The notes below the pieces were generated by a model. It was given only the letters and a program-made list of their open reading frames with translations, ran no database searches and had not been told where the DNA came from. A DNA stretch of 36,645 nucleotides from a virus (Duplodnaviria; Caudoviricetes), in IMG/VR virus record IMGVR_UViG_3300017909_001161, positions 1 to 36,645 of that record. One strand, 5' to 3'. Numbering within the stretch: the stretch's first letter is position 1; the number at the start of each line of letters is the position of its first letter. Position numbers and translations under genes: made by a program. Of the stretch, positions 8,395 to 17,683 are shown one piece after another.

Positions 8395-8409
8395 TTATAA
8401 CATATGGTT
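8395..8409 (-). promoter_or_regulatory. Extended -10 promoter for the scaffold-capsid operon
   Basis: Minus strand ACCATA-TGT-TATAAT upstream of the scaffold gene. Confidence 0.55.
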
Positions 8410-8627
8410 TACAACAAATCACGGAACCGGGCATTTAGTAATGGCCAGTCCGACATTTGCAGTATTTGATCGTAAGTAATAATACGACCGGAAAGTTGTT
8501 GTAAGCTATCAGTAGAGGCTTCGTGCATCTCCGATATTGTTTCCTCACGGAGTTGTTGTATCATGCCTATGAACCGAGCGAACTGCTCGTAGTTCTGGAG
8601 CATCTTAATATCATCCTGTATATCCAT
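8409..8627 (-). CDS. Small helical protein between portal and scaffold
   Basis: ORF track; common position in podophage head modules. Confidence 0.75.
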   Translation of the reverse strand: MDIQDDIKMLQNYEQFARFIGMIQQLREETISEMHEASTDSLQQLSGRIITYDQILQMSDWPLLNARFRDLL

Positions 8628-8630
8628 AAA

Positions 8631-9203
8631 TTATTTTGCGGGTGTAAGGAGTATTGAGTACATACGACTTGCTTCCCTTCGCCTATCCTGGTGTGGCTTA
8701 CCTGGCTTTAAAAATATGTTTTGGAATGAATCAGAGATAGCAATCGGGTCAGTTGCCTTGAGTGCTTCTCGCATCTTTTCTGCGTTCCCCTCACCCATAA
8801 TCTTCTGTTGATCACCGAATATATTGTCATATACGTACCGTACCTGTGAATCAACACTATCCTCTAGACCTTTATTTTCTAGGTAACGTCTGTAATACGG
8901 CTTATGGAAATCGAACTGAAACAGCCCGTACCCATTGCCGCCTTTTTGCTTTTGTTTGAAATCAAAGGTATTGCCTGTCTCGACGTTAATGTTGCCAAGC
9001 ATTGCTGATATGGCAGGTATCAATGATTCGCTCTGAAGTTTAGGACCAAAGTATTTCTCAATAGCCCTACCTGCTTCACTTAATCGTCTATCAAGCTCAA
9101 TTTGTTTGGCTCGACCCATAGCGAACTCATATGGGCTAACCTGTTCTGCGTTTCTAGGGAATGGAATACCTTGAAAGTCTGCTGGCTCTGCTGGCTGTAT
9201 CAT
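8631..9203 (-). CDS. Phage tail-type lysozyme (Phage_lysozyme2-like)
   Basis: AMLGNINVETG...GYGLFQF...SQVRYV...F..P..PH..RR motif pattern. Confidence 0.75.
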   Translation of the reverse strand: MIQPAEPADFQGIPFPRNAEQVSPYEFAMGRAKQIELDRRLSEAGRAIEKYFGPKLQSESLIPAISAMLGNINVETGNTFDFKQKQKGGNGYGLFQFDFHKPYYRRYLENKGLEDSVDSQVRYVYDNIFGDQQKIMGEGNAEKMREALKATDPIAISDSFQNIFLKPGKPHQDRRREASRMYSILLTPAK

Positions 9204-11287
9204 TATAGATTCTGCGTTTGAATATCACCCATCTGTGCGGGTGCTGTGCCTACACGACCAATCTGGGCGTTCTGTGCTTGTTGGATCTGGAAGGTGTACT
9301 GACCTGCGTACTTCTGTAAACGTTCAGCAAATGCTGGATCAGTCTGTAGACGCTGTGCTACATCTGGCTGGGAGGAGTACTGCTGTATTACTTGTATCGC
9401 AATCTGTGCTCCAGCAGGTCTAGCAGGTACTTCAATTCCTGAATAGATTTTAGCAAGATCGTCCGTAACGTTCTTAACCATTTCTTGCTGTGCGGTCTCA
9501 ACAGGCTGTAGGACTGCATCAGCCATGACTGGATCAATTTCAGCAGCCGCAATGTCGAGGAGGTTGTCCACGTTAAGGCGGTTGTTAGCATTGAGTTGAT
9601 TGAGTTGAACAAACTGCTGAAGTTTATTTTTGACCGTATCTGGGTCAGTGTTCTGGACATCGAAGTTAATAAGGATGTCAAAGTTTTCATCAGGGTTTCC
9701 TTTGTTAAGTTGTATTGGATCAGGTGTACCGGTTACACGGAAGAATACCTCATCCGGTCCGAAACGTTGGAAGCAACGATAAGCCATGCGAAGAACCTCT
9801 GCCGTGTGGCTAAGGAACTTGTCCACTAGGAACTGTTGACGGATCTGGCTGATAGCCGAACCCTCGTCTAGGCCAACGAGTCTGTCGGCTTGTGTCTGCT
9901 GGGTTTGCTCCATCTCCAAGGATCCTTGATTGTAGGATGGGGTCGGCGCAAAATCTAGGTCACCCTTACGACGGTACGGGATCATACGTCCCGGTCCCCA
10001 ATCGCTTGGAGCCTGCCCAACGGGGTGCAGAATAGGTGGAAGTGTCGCTAGGCTGTTTCTGTCAATTCTTGAATCCCGTTCGACTTTCACTTGGTTCTGT
10101 ATCCCCCGAAGGACAGACGGAACAGTCGTAACATCATAGAGTCGTTTGCTATCCTCCGAGATCTTTGTTACCACAACAGGGTAGTCCTCGTATCCATTTA
10201 GGAGTTCAAACTTAGCGTACCCTTGTGTGGTTTCATCACCGCTGAAGTCACGGTGAAATACTGTGCAGTAAATACCTTCTGATCCATCTTCCTTATCAAC
10301 CAGTCGTTGGTAAGCGTATGTGATCTCAATAAGTTCTTCAGCTTCGTATGCGTTGTCCGTAAGGCTAATGGATCGACGACCTTCTTGCTCACGCTCAATG
10401 CTGTCAATGTTTACGCCACGGTACTTGTTAATAACCATCTGTACAAAGTCCTCATCCCAGCCCTCAGTGATTACCTTGTTTTCTAGCTCCTGTGCAGTAT
10501 AGTAAGTACGCCAGAAGCAGTAAGGTGCACGTTGCGGGTCAGTAACGTAAGGAGGAAAGAAGAAGTCCCCGTCTGGAGCCAGCGTCTTGACTTCGGGTGC
10601 ATTGACCTGTCGTCTGACAACAGGTAGTTCTGCTGCACCATTCCTTCGCAGGTCATTGAGTGCTTTCTTGGCTCGCTTGTCCGTGGTTCCCTCAAAAGTT
10701 GCTTGGAGCAGGATAATTAGTTCTTCATCGTTATCACCATCCTGGATAGCTTGCGCTACCTCTGGGCTGATTTCTGCAATCTGATTAAGATTTAATTGCT
10801 GTAAGAATCGACGATCCTCACGTTGCCAACCTACGTAGGTAATCAGTACACCCCGCTCAAGCAAATAATTAGCTCCGAGTTCCATCTCTCGGTAAAACCG
10901 TGGAATATATCCGCTGGATACCATCCACTTCAAAAAACTCGATACTAGCTTTGATCGTGCAATATCGGAGCTTTCAACCGGGAATGCACGGATATTGGCC
11001 CGCTTGAGGGCTGACATAAATAGGGAGACGAGTCTCGTTATACGCTCATCAATTACGTGGCACTCCATATCGCTTGCACCCTCCCAAGGGAATGCGTCAG
11101 CACCATGCTTGCGATGGTCACGGCTCTTGCCCGGCCACCAGTTACGCCTGTCATCGTATGATGTTCGGCATAGGTCGAAGTACGCTTCTAGTTCCGTTAC
11201 TGTTTGATCGTATGCGTAACGAAGTGTATTGATATCTGGCTCATCCGTAAGATAAGTCAAGGACTCAGAAATATTGCTATTTTGCAT
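9203..11287 (-). CDS. Portal protein
   Basis: 694 aa, downstream of terL; FPWEGASD motif, helical content, Gln-rich C-terminus. Confidence 0.85.
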   Translation of the reverse strand: MQNSNISESLTYLTDEPDINTLRYAYDQTVTELEAYFDLCRTSYDDRRNWWPGKSRDHRKHGADAFPWEGASDMECHVIDERITRLVSLFMSALKRANIRAFPVESSDIARSKLVSSFLKWMVSSGYIPRFYREMELGANYLLERGVLITYVGWQREDRRFLQQLNLNQIAEISPEVAQAIQDGDNDEELIILLQATFEGTTDKRAKKALNDLRRNGAAELPVVRRQVNAPEVKTLAPDGDFFFPPYVTDPQRAPYCFWRTYYTAQELENKVITEGWDEDFVQMVINKYRGVNIDSIEREQEGRRSISLTDNAYEAEELIEITYAYQRLVDKEDGSEGIYCTVFHRDFSGDETTQGYAKFELLNGYEDYPVVVTKISEDSKRLYDVTTVPSVLRGIQNQVKVERDSRIDRNSLATLPPILHPVGQAPSDWGPGRMIPYRRKGDLDFAPTPSYNQGSLEMEQTQQTQADRLVGLDEGSAISQIRQQFLVDKFLSHTAEVLRMAYRCFQRFGPDEVFFRVTGTPDPIQLNKGNPDENFDILINFDVQNTDPDTVKNKLQQFVQLNQLNANNRLNVDNLLDIAAAEIDPVMADAVLQPVETAQQEMVKNVTDDLAKIYSGIEVPARPAGAQIAIQVIQQYSSQPDVAQRLQTDPAFAERLQKYAGQYTFQIQQAQNAQIGRVGTAPAQMGDIQTQNL

Positions 11288-11483
11288 TTAGTCTATCTTT
11301 GATTGAGTTAAGCACTCGTATAGTGTGGCTCGATGATACGCCTATTGTATCACATAGCTCTTCATTTGTCATTGAAATAGATGTTTCATGCAGAACCGTC
11401 CTTTTTAACATTTCCCATGCCATGAGGCGGTCAGTGTTTTCCTTGCACCAGGTCCTATCAAGTGTTTCGTTTTGGTTTAACAT
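11277..11483 (-). CDS. Hypothetical protein, possibly HTH-like
   Basis: ORF track; ELCDTIGVSSSHTIRVL resembles an HTH. Confidence 0.5.
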   Translation of the reverse strand: MLNQNETLDRTWCKENTDRLMAWEMLKRTVLHETSISMTNEELCDTIGVSSSHTIRVLNSIKDRLNAK

Positions 11484-11844
11484 ACCGGTAACTTATTCCC
11501 TTATCGTCCTCTATTGCCTCGAACATGATTTCCTTGTTTACTAACGAACCCGATAGTTTGCGTGGAATCAGCACAGGGACTTTCTTTTTTATCTCCTTAT
11601 GATAAACGTAAACAAACCTAGGGTTCGGTGCTTCGTGCTTTACTATACCCTTGTAGTGCTTAGTCGTGATCTCATCAATCATCAAGGTTGCGCCTATGAT
11701 CGCTTGGCCTTGTTCTCCGATCCATGTTCGTTTGCCCTTACCTGTGACTTGATCTTCTGGCAGTTTCGTCTGTGCCAGCATTAGGGCTTCGTCAAACGGA
11801 GTCTCGTACTCCTCGGCTATTTTTGTTAATAATACTTTTGGCAT
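11458..11844 (-). CDS. Hypothetical protein
   Basis: ORF track; TAATG coupling to terL. Confidence 0.75.
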   Translation of the reverse strand: MPKVLLTKIAEEYETPFDEALMLAQTKLPEDQVTGKGKRTWIGEQGQAIIGATLMIDEITTKHYKGIVKHEAPNPRFVYVYHKEIKKKVPVLIPRKLSGSLVNKEIMFEAIEDDKGISYRYVKPKRNT

Positions 11845-13490
11845 TAGTATCCTCCTTCGTTTCTCATTGTTGTATACATCTCGTTTGATGCAAAGTAATC
11901 AGGGCCGTACCCTCCATTAGACATTCGTAAATATCTAAGGACATCAAAGAAGTCCTTGAGTGCTTCATCGGATTTACCCTGTGCGTTATAGTTAATTACG
12001 CTCTCGATCAAGTTCCCGCAGTCCTCGTGTATGTAGCAGCGAGGTCGGTTCGCCTCATCAATCTCGTAGTTCGGATTATAGAAGAACCATTCATCTAGTG
12101 CGGTCGCACCGATCTGCTCCGTCTGTCCATCCGAGGCTATGAAAGAAAGTCCGTAGTCATAGAACTTCGTAAAGAGATCAACATTGTTCTCGTTCTCCTT
12201 TGCAAAGAAGCGGGAGTCACCGATTCTTTCCATTACCTCGATTCCTAGTTCCTCCTCAATCTCCTTGAAGAGTTCGCAGTACATTTCTACGTCGTATCCA
12301 ATCTTCTTGGATGCTGGGCCGTACCGCCACTTCGGATCACCGAACAGTGCCCACTCGCCATACGTGTCCCTATCCGGCCATTCTCTACGAATAAATATTT
12401 CATCACTCTCGGAAACACCTGCCCAGATGGATACGTAGTTCCGTGCAAAGGCGGGGTCAACGACCTGATACCATGTCAGTTCGCTGGCATCTGGGAATAC
12501 TTGTCCGTACTTGTTCGGTTCATCCGACAGGACATTGATCTCTGGGCTGAAGTTCGGCAGCAATGAAGTCATTGACTTCGTAGGCAAGCCGTAGGCACGA
12601 ACCATTATCTGATCCTCTGAGGAGTTCTTCAGATCCTTGGCTATACGATTATATCCCCCGAAAGGGTTCTCGTCAGAATGAAGGTACACAATCCCAGCAT
12701 CACGCTCAGGTGAGTACTGTTTGACAGGAACCTCTCTGCCTAGAAGTTCTGCGTTCCTTGTCTCCAGTGTCTCCGCACCCTTCAAGTACTCGGATACAAA
12801 TGGTGTGTACCCATCAATTGGAGTAAAGCCAAGAAGCATCTTGCTGTTCCGTGTAGCGAGACGGAAGCGTAAAGTATTTACAAGAGCAGAATCACCGAGA
12901 TATTCGTCCAGCCAAGCACCGATGTTCAGTCCTTCTGATCCTTTGAAACCGAACTCAAAGCCCTCAAGGATAGTTTGATTATTTGAGAACTGGGTATATG
13001 TTTTGAAATCCACACGAGTTCTTGTATCTGGAAAAATAAATGAAGAGCCAGTGAAACCATTTTGCATAGAAAAGTTGATATAACCTTCTATACTCTTCGT
13101 TTTTCGTTTGAACTCCTTAGGCATCATCTCCCAGATGGCAGCCTGCTGTACCTTGACGGATGTATCCGCATTCTGTGAGAAGCACACAACGTGTCCGTCC
13201 TGGTTCTGGGTAACAGCCTCCATCACCATCTTGGCACATCCTGTTGTCTTCCCCGAACGGTTACCACCGAAGGTAATGACCTCGTCGTAGTTCTCAAGGG
13301 ACTGACGTATCCGTGACCATCCAGCTAGTTCAAACCCGTACCTAAGAGGATCTTCCTCCGCAGCCTTGATCCGTCCCTCGTGTGCATCGTGTAGCCTTTG
13401 GAGGAGCTTGTAGTCCATCTCCCCAAGAGCAACGATCTCCTCATCCGACGGTGGCTGAAGGATCGGGTGCTTTGTGAACTCAAGTATCAT
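11844..13490 (-). CDS. terL: Terminase large subunit
   Basis: Walker A GGNRSGKT, Walker B AWLDE, FTP coupling motif, C-terminal nuclease acidic residues (VVDPA, KDFFDVLRY); start trimmed to ATG 13490 (ATGA overlap). Confidence 0.92.
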   Translation of the reverse strand: MILEFTKHPILQPPSDEEIVALGEMDYKLLQRLHDAHEGRIKAAEEDPLRYGFELAGWSRIRQSLENYDEVITFGGNRSGKTTGCAKMVMEAVTQNQDGHVVCFSQNADTSVKVQQAAIWEMMPKEFKRKTKSIEGYINFSMQNGFTGSSFIFPDTRTRVDFKTYTQFSNNQTILEGFEFGFKGSEGLNIGAWLDEYLGDSALVNTLRFRLATRNSKMLLGFTPIDGYTPFVSEYLKGAETLETRNAELLGREVPVKQYSPERDAGIVYLHSDENPFGGYNRIAKDLKNSSEDQIMVRAYGLPTKSMTSLLPNFSPEINVLSDEPNKYGQVFPDASELTWYQVVDPAFARNYVSIWAGVSESDEIFIRREWPDRDTYGEWALFGDPKWRYGPASKKIGYDVEMYCELFKEIEEELGIEVMERIGDSRFFAKENENNVDLFTKFYDYGLSFIASDGQTEQIGATALDEWFFYNPNYEIDEANRPRCYIHEDCGNLIESVINYNAQGKSDEALKDFFDVLRYLRMSNGGYGPDYFASNEMYTTMRNEGGY

Positions 13491-13729
13491 CCCCAGACTC
13501 CGCTGTTGTCCTCCTCGTCGAACTCCCAATCAATAGATAGATCATCAGCATTCATCTCGTCCTGCATCTCCCGCATCAGCATCTTTCCGATAGGTAGATT
13601 AGTATAATCGTAATAAACGTCACCATCGTCGTCCATAACACAGAAGATAAAATTAGCAAAATGTTCAGCAAGGATAGCCCGTACTTGTTCATAAATCTCT
13701 TCATTGTGTTCATCAGTTATGTTCATCAT
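13487..13729 (-). CDS. Hypothetical acidic protein
   Basis: ORF track; overlaps neighbours in the operon. Confidence 0.7.
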   Translation of the reverse strand: MMNITDEHNEEIYEQVRAILAEHFANFIFCVMDDDGDVYYDYTNLPIGKMLMREMQDEMNADDLSIDWEFDEEDNSGVWG

Positions 13730-13895
13730 CTTCTCCTCTCATTCTATCAATGTCATCTCTAGTGCTAGCCCAGCCCACCATAGACATTAGCCATTCTAGA
13801 CGTTCTTTGTCCTTGCGGAGTTTATTGTTCTCAGTCCTGAGATCGTAGATAGCGACCTCAAGTTGCCTGTATTCTTCCTCAGTCTTCGACATCAA
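13713..13895 (-). CDS. Hypothetical coiled-coil protein (KDKERLEWL motif)
   Basis: ORF track. Confidence 0.65.
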   Translation of the reverse strand: MMSKTEEEYRQLEVAIYDLRTENNKLRKDKERLEWLMSMVGWASTRDDIDRMRGEDDEHN

Positions 13896-14439
13896 TTACC
13901 TCCTCTACCTGTGCCTGTTTAGCCTTGGCGATACGATCCCTCGCAGCCTTGATGGTTGCCTCGTAATCATCCTGGGTAACGACCTTCCGCTCCTCAGTAA
14001 TGCTCGTGGCCTCGCCTCTGGCTGTTAGGGCTTCACGTGCGGCATTTGCTTTAGCTATTGAAATCTCCTTTAGATCCCGGAATGATACCTCCATCTCCGG
14101 ATCGTTTTCCATTCGTTCACGTACCTGTTCAATAAGATCCTCCTCTAGGCTGGCTATGTTCAGATAGTTCCTCGATGCTATCCTGCCAGAAAGTTCCTTG
14201 AACTTACCCAGGTGGTCAGCGTAGTCAGTCAGTACATTGACTATCGTCGATCTGTCGTACCCGTACTTCTTCACCAGCCTAGTCTGACTGGATCCAGTAC
14301 AGAATAAATATAGAATATTGGCTACCTTCTTCGGGTTATATACGCTGAGACTCTTCATCTTCAGAGCCTGCTTCTCACTGGCTATAACCTGTATAGCCTC
14401 CGTGATCTCCTGCATTAGCTCTTCCTTCTCATCTTCCAT
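13879..14439 (-). CDS. Probable terminase small subunit
   Basis: First late gene, upstream of terL; N-terminal HTH-like segment and C-terminal RGEATSITE pattern. Confidence 0.6.
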   Translation of the reverse strand: MEDEKEELMQEITEAIQVIASEKQALKMKSLSVYNPKKVANILYLFCTGSSQTRLVKKYGYDRSTIVNVLTDYADHLGKFKELSGRIASRNYLNIASLEEDLIEQVRERMENDPEMEVSFRDLKEISIAKANAAREALTARGEATSITEERKVVTQDDYEATIKAARDRIAKAKQAQVEEVIDVED

Positions 14440-14493
14440 GGTGCGTTTCTAGGTATTATACCCTAGTGTGTCAAATGATATTTGAATACGTGC

Positions 14494-14521
14494 TTGACAA
14501 GCGTAACCCATATGATATAAT
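14494..14521 (+). promoter_or_regulatory. Sigma70-type promoter reading into origin-like element A
   Basis: TTGACA-16 nt-TATAAT with TG extension. Confidence 0.7.
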
Positions 14522-14524
14522 CAT

Positions 14525-14645
14525 GCCTACCTTAAGGCAGCCAAGCCTTAAAGGTTATTTTCTAATAAGTAATCCAAAAGGATTAAATAAAGAAAAGGGA
14601 ATCAAAGGAAGGGCAGTCCTAAGGAAGGACAGTCTTAAGGAAGGC
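14525..14645. repeat. Origin-like element A (CCTTAAGG-type boxes around an AT-rich core); inverted homologue of 19060..19175
   Basis: Shared blocks CTACCTTAAGG, CAAGCCTTAA and GAATC..AAGGAAGGGCAGTCYTAAG. Confidence 0.6.
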
Positions 14646-14736
14646 GGCCATACGAGCCCTTGAGTGATGGATTTTTTTAGGGCAGTCTTTTTATATATAT
14701 TTAGAAAGTCTTAGCGAAACTAAAGACCGCCCCCCC

Positions 14737-15150
14737 GGGGTGTTTACCTCATTAACATCTAGGGTGTTTCCCAGCCGTCGGGGGCTTCTAGAACGTCTGG
14801 GGTGTTTACCCTATGTAGCCCTGGGGTGTATCCAGCCGTCGGTCGGGCTTCTAGAACGTGTAGGGTCTTTACCTTATTAACATTTAGGGTATAGTCCTGG
14901 GCCGGTGTTTACCCTATTAACAATTAGGGTCTTTACCCGGGCCGGTCCTGGGGTCTTTACCCTCCAGGGTGTTTGCCCTACCATGAGCTAGGGTTTTTTC
15001 CTTATGAGATGGGATATATCCAATCCTTAGGGTATTTCCCCTATCCGGCCTAGGGTACTTCCAGGATCATATAAGGGGTTCTACTTAGGGATGGCTTTCG
15101 TGTCAAATTGTCTCGAATTTTATGCTTGACACTAGGGTGTTTACCCCAGG
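14737..15150. repeat. Array of short quasi-palindromic repeats, consensus AGGGT(G/C)TTTACCCT
   Basis: Degenerate copies at 14738, 14762, 14800, 14824, 14863, 14887, 14903, 14927, 14951, 14967, 14991, 15030, 15053, 15135; frequent 24-nt spacing and a 62-63 nt higher-order unit. Confidence 0.85.
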
Positions 15151-15323
15151 TTTCAATCGGATCCACGCATTTGCCGTATATGGCCTTGCAAGGCCTTACA
15201 TGGGTATGGGTATTCGAAAGCAATAAAAACGCCATATACGCAATTTTGGGGGGTTGACCCTGTTTGTTGTAGGGTGATTCCAGGCGTGTCAATAGGGTAA
15301 TGGACCTGGTTTTGTACCTGAGC

Positions 15324-15393
15324 AAAAAAGTTAATTTTTTTTTATTTTTTTCGAAAAAAAACTTGCAATCAGTGAATCCATTTTCCAAGTTAG
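15324..15393 (+). promoter_or_regulatory. Probable strong early promoter with A/T-tract UP element
   Basis: A/T tracts at 15324-15361 followed by TTGCAA (15363); the -10 box is only a weak match. Confidence 0.5.
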
Positions 15394-15397
15394 TTGC

Positions 15398-15915
15398 ATC
15401 ATCAATTTTGATGGTAGTTATTTGACAGATTCCATTCGATTTTCCACTCGGCCGATTTTGCGAGTCCTCTAGTCAGAAGAGCCGAAAGGTACTTCTAGCA
15501 TAAAAGCACTATCGGGTAGCGAGTGATCAGAAAGCAGGATGGTTTACAACAATAGGGTAAAGGTAGTTACTGAACCACTATTCCCTAGTTCTCGAGTTTT
15601 AAAGGTATCTTAAAAAACCTAGATTGAAAGGGTAACTTGCCTATGATTCATGTAAGAGAGTTTACTTGCCTAGCATTTATTGCCGTGATGGATTCGAAAG
15701 ACAATCGTTTGCTCGATTGAACAAGTAGGTGTGGTAGCGTGATAAGGGTAAACAAGTTGCCGATAGGTCGACCATTCATGAATGGTTTCCCGAGCGAGTG
15801 ATTGCCAAGAGGGAAGACGCACGATACAAAACCTACATCCGATACGTTCCGTGTAGACAGTGCGAGTAAATCAGAACCGAAGCCCCACTTCATCGGAAAC
15901 TTTGGAGTGGGGCAT
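15398..15915 (+). ncRNA. Large structured non-coding RNA candidate (about 500 nt), family not recognised
   Basis: No plus-strand ORF; many nested helices with G-U pairs, GNRA tetraloops, 5'/3' closing helix, terminal hairpin. Confidence 0.6.
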
Positions 15916-15920
15916 TTCTA
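15882..15920 (+). terminator. Terminator-like or processing hairpin
   Basis: GCCCCACTTCA-10 nt-TGGAGTGGGGC then ATTTCT (weak U tract). Confidence 0.55.
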
Positions 15921-15944
15921 TTAATACCTAACCGGATTTTTATA

Positions 15945-16232
15945 ATGAAGAAACTAAACGCCATAAAAGGTGCTACGTATAGACGTAGTTCGCCTAAAAA
16001 GGATCCAACTTGGAATAAGTTGCGAGCATTCGCACAGTCCAACTTGAACGATCCAACCTACGGATCACGAAAACCTAGGGTAAAGACCCTGGAGAAGCCA
16101 GTTGCCAAGGCGACTGTTATACCACACGCCAAGCCCGCCATTAAGTCAAAGCTATCAATGGCCGACATACTAGGTGGGATGAACATGAACCAAAGCTATA
16201 CTCAAAGGAAGTACAGCATAACGGGGGCATAG
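15945..16232 (+). CDS. Hypothetical basic early protein
   Basis: ORF track; first gene of the plus-strand operon. Confidence 0.65.
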   Translation: MKKLNAIKGATYRRSSPKKDPTWNKLRAFAQSNLNDPTYGSRKPRVKTLEKPVAKATVIPHAKPAIKSKLSMADILGGMNMNQSYTQRKYSITGA

Positions 16233-16234
16233 AC

Positions 16235-16426
16235 ATGAACCAAGTAAACGAAACAACAGAGTTAAAAAGGAAGTTGCTTGACCTATACGCACAAGTCGTG
16301 CGCACCAAGAAATCCTTAATCAATAAGGATCATCACATAGGCGAGTACGCTATGATGGATATCATGGGTGTCATTGCCGATAGCCTGGAACAAATAGACG
16401 ATTATGAAGAAAGGAACCAAGCATGA
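16235..16426 (+). CDS. Hypothetical early protein
   Basis: ORF track; tight packing. Confidence 0.7.
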   Translation: MNQVNETTELKRKLLDLYAQVVRTKKSLINKDHHIGEYAMMDIMGVIADSLEQIDDYEERNQA

Positions 16427-16782
16427 ATGAGATGATTGGGAAAGTGCCAAACAACGACGACGGCATGGAAATTGTTACCATGCTGCGCCGGATGCTCAAG
16501 GCATCTAATTCAAGGTATCGACTACGCTTGCGTGGTCGTAAACCAAAGCAGGGAGTAAGGTCGAAAGACCATCCGTACAGTCTCCCTTTGGATAAGGCGG
16601 ACGTTCTAGCACTCTACCTTGTAGACAAGAAAGGGGGCTGGGGCGATCAGTTTTATGAGAACTTCAAGCGAGGCTACGGCCAAGGCTTTAGATCAGGAGA
16701 ACTCAGAACCATCGCTCGCATACGTGGGGCGTTAACCGAAGTAGAGAACCAAGTAGATTATTATGATACTGCAAAAAGTTAA
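16423..16782 (+). CDS. Hypothetical early protein
   Basis: ORF track; ATGA overlap. Confidence 0.7.
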   Translation: MNEMIGKVPNNDDGMEIVTMLRRMLKASNSRYRLRLRGRKPKQGVRSKDHPYSLPLDKADVLALYLVDKKGGWGDQFYENFKRGYGQGFRSGELRTIARIRGALTEVENQVDYYDTAKS

Positions 16783-17083
16783 TGACTTAGTAGGGCGTAC
16801 CTGCACACACGGGTCGCCAGGCTACCCTATGGTCGAGAAGATCGTAGCCATCGACATGAATGTCGAGAATGAGGAAGCGAGGATTCACTTCAAGAGTGCA
16901 TTCTATACGGATATGCCGTTCGATGTATTGGAAGAACTGTTTCAGAAACTCGAGGGCGATTACCCATACGATGAGGATGAAGAAGAATCCGGCATCGCAT
17001 CGGTGCTTTACGAACCATACAAGTGCAGCATCACGAAACGTGAAGGCTACTGCACGGAACTAGCAATAGTAAAATACCAATGA
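16763..17083 (+). CDS. Hypothetical early protein
   Basis: ORF track. Confidence 0.65.
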   Translation: MILQKVNDLVGRTCTHGSPGYPMVEKIVAIDMNVENEEARIHFKSAFYTDMPFDVLEELFQKLEGDYPYDEDEEESGIASVLYEPYKCSITKREGYCTELAIVKYQ

Positions 17084-17679
17084 AAACTACAGACAGAGTC
17101 ATGAGGAACAACCTCATGGCGTGGTACAAGTACGCCACACCCAAGCAAGTCCGTGACGGAAAGGCTTGGTACAAGGAGGCTAACTCCTTTGCAACAAAGT
17201 TAGCGGACCGCAGCGGTCATGACTCCTACGTCATCGCTAGCGTGATTAGTGCATTGTCCCCACGGAACAAGTGGGAAAGAAACCTCATAGATGCTGAGGC
17301 AGTTACATGGGCACACGCCAGGGACTTGGACCTGGAAGCCGTCAAGGTCTGTACGTTCACCAAGAACAAGATCAAGGCGTTCCGTATATTGAACCATGCC
17401 GACGTGATCACGGCCAAGTCACCGAAGACCCATAGCTTCGCAATGAACGTGGGCAAACTGAGCGAAGACCACGTGACCGTGGACTCATGGCATCTCCGTG
17501 CTTGCCAATGCAAGCCAAGTAAGCCGGTCAAGCCGAAGCAAGTGCAGGAATCCGTGACACCGCTGCAGTACGAAAGAGTTGTTGACATCACCAAGGAATG
17601 CGCTGAAAAGGTAGGCGTGAAACCTTATGAATTTCAGGCGATCGTATGGGTCGCCATCAAAAATAAATGCGAGGGATAG
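17080..17679 (+). CDS. Conserved phage protein with a DNA glycosylase-like helical motif set
   Basis: GKAWY, ISALSPRNKWERN, KTHSFAMN, VTVDSWHLRA and FQAIVW motifs. Confidence 0.55.
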   Translation: MKTTDRVMRNNLMAWYKYATPKQVRDGKAWYKEANSFATKLADRSGHDSYVIASVISALSPRNKWERNLIDAEAVTWAHARDLDLEAVKVCTFTKNKIKAFRILNHADVITAKSPKTHSFAMNVGKLSEDHVTVDSWHLRACQCKPSKPVKPKQVQESVTPLQYERVVDITKECAEKVGVKPYEFQAIVWVAIKNKCEG

Positions 17680-17683
17680 AACC

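Noticed and set aside
14737-15150. CRISPR array
   Set aside because: Repeats are short (about 14 nt), degenerate and irregularly spaced, the intervening sequences are themselves repeated, and there are no cas genes.
14466-15893. Track ORFs 14466..14663, 15050..15388 and 15648..15893 as genes
   Set aside because: They run through promoter, repeat and structured-RNA sequence and have no recognisable protein features.
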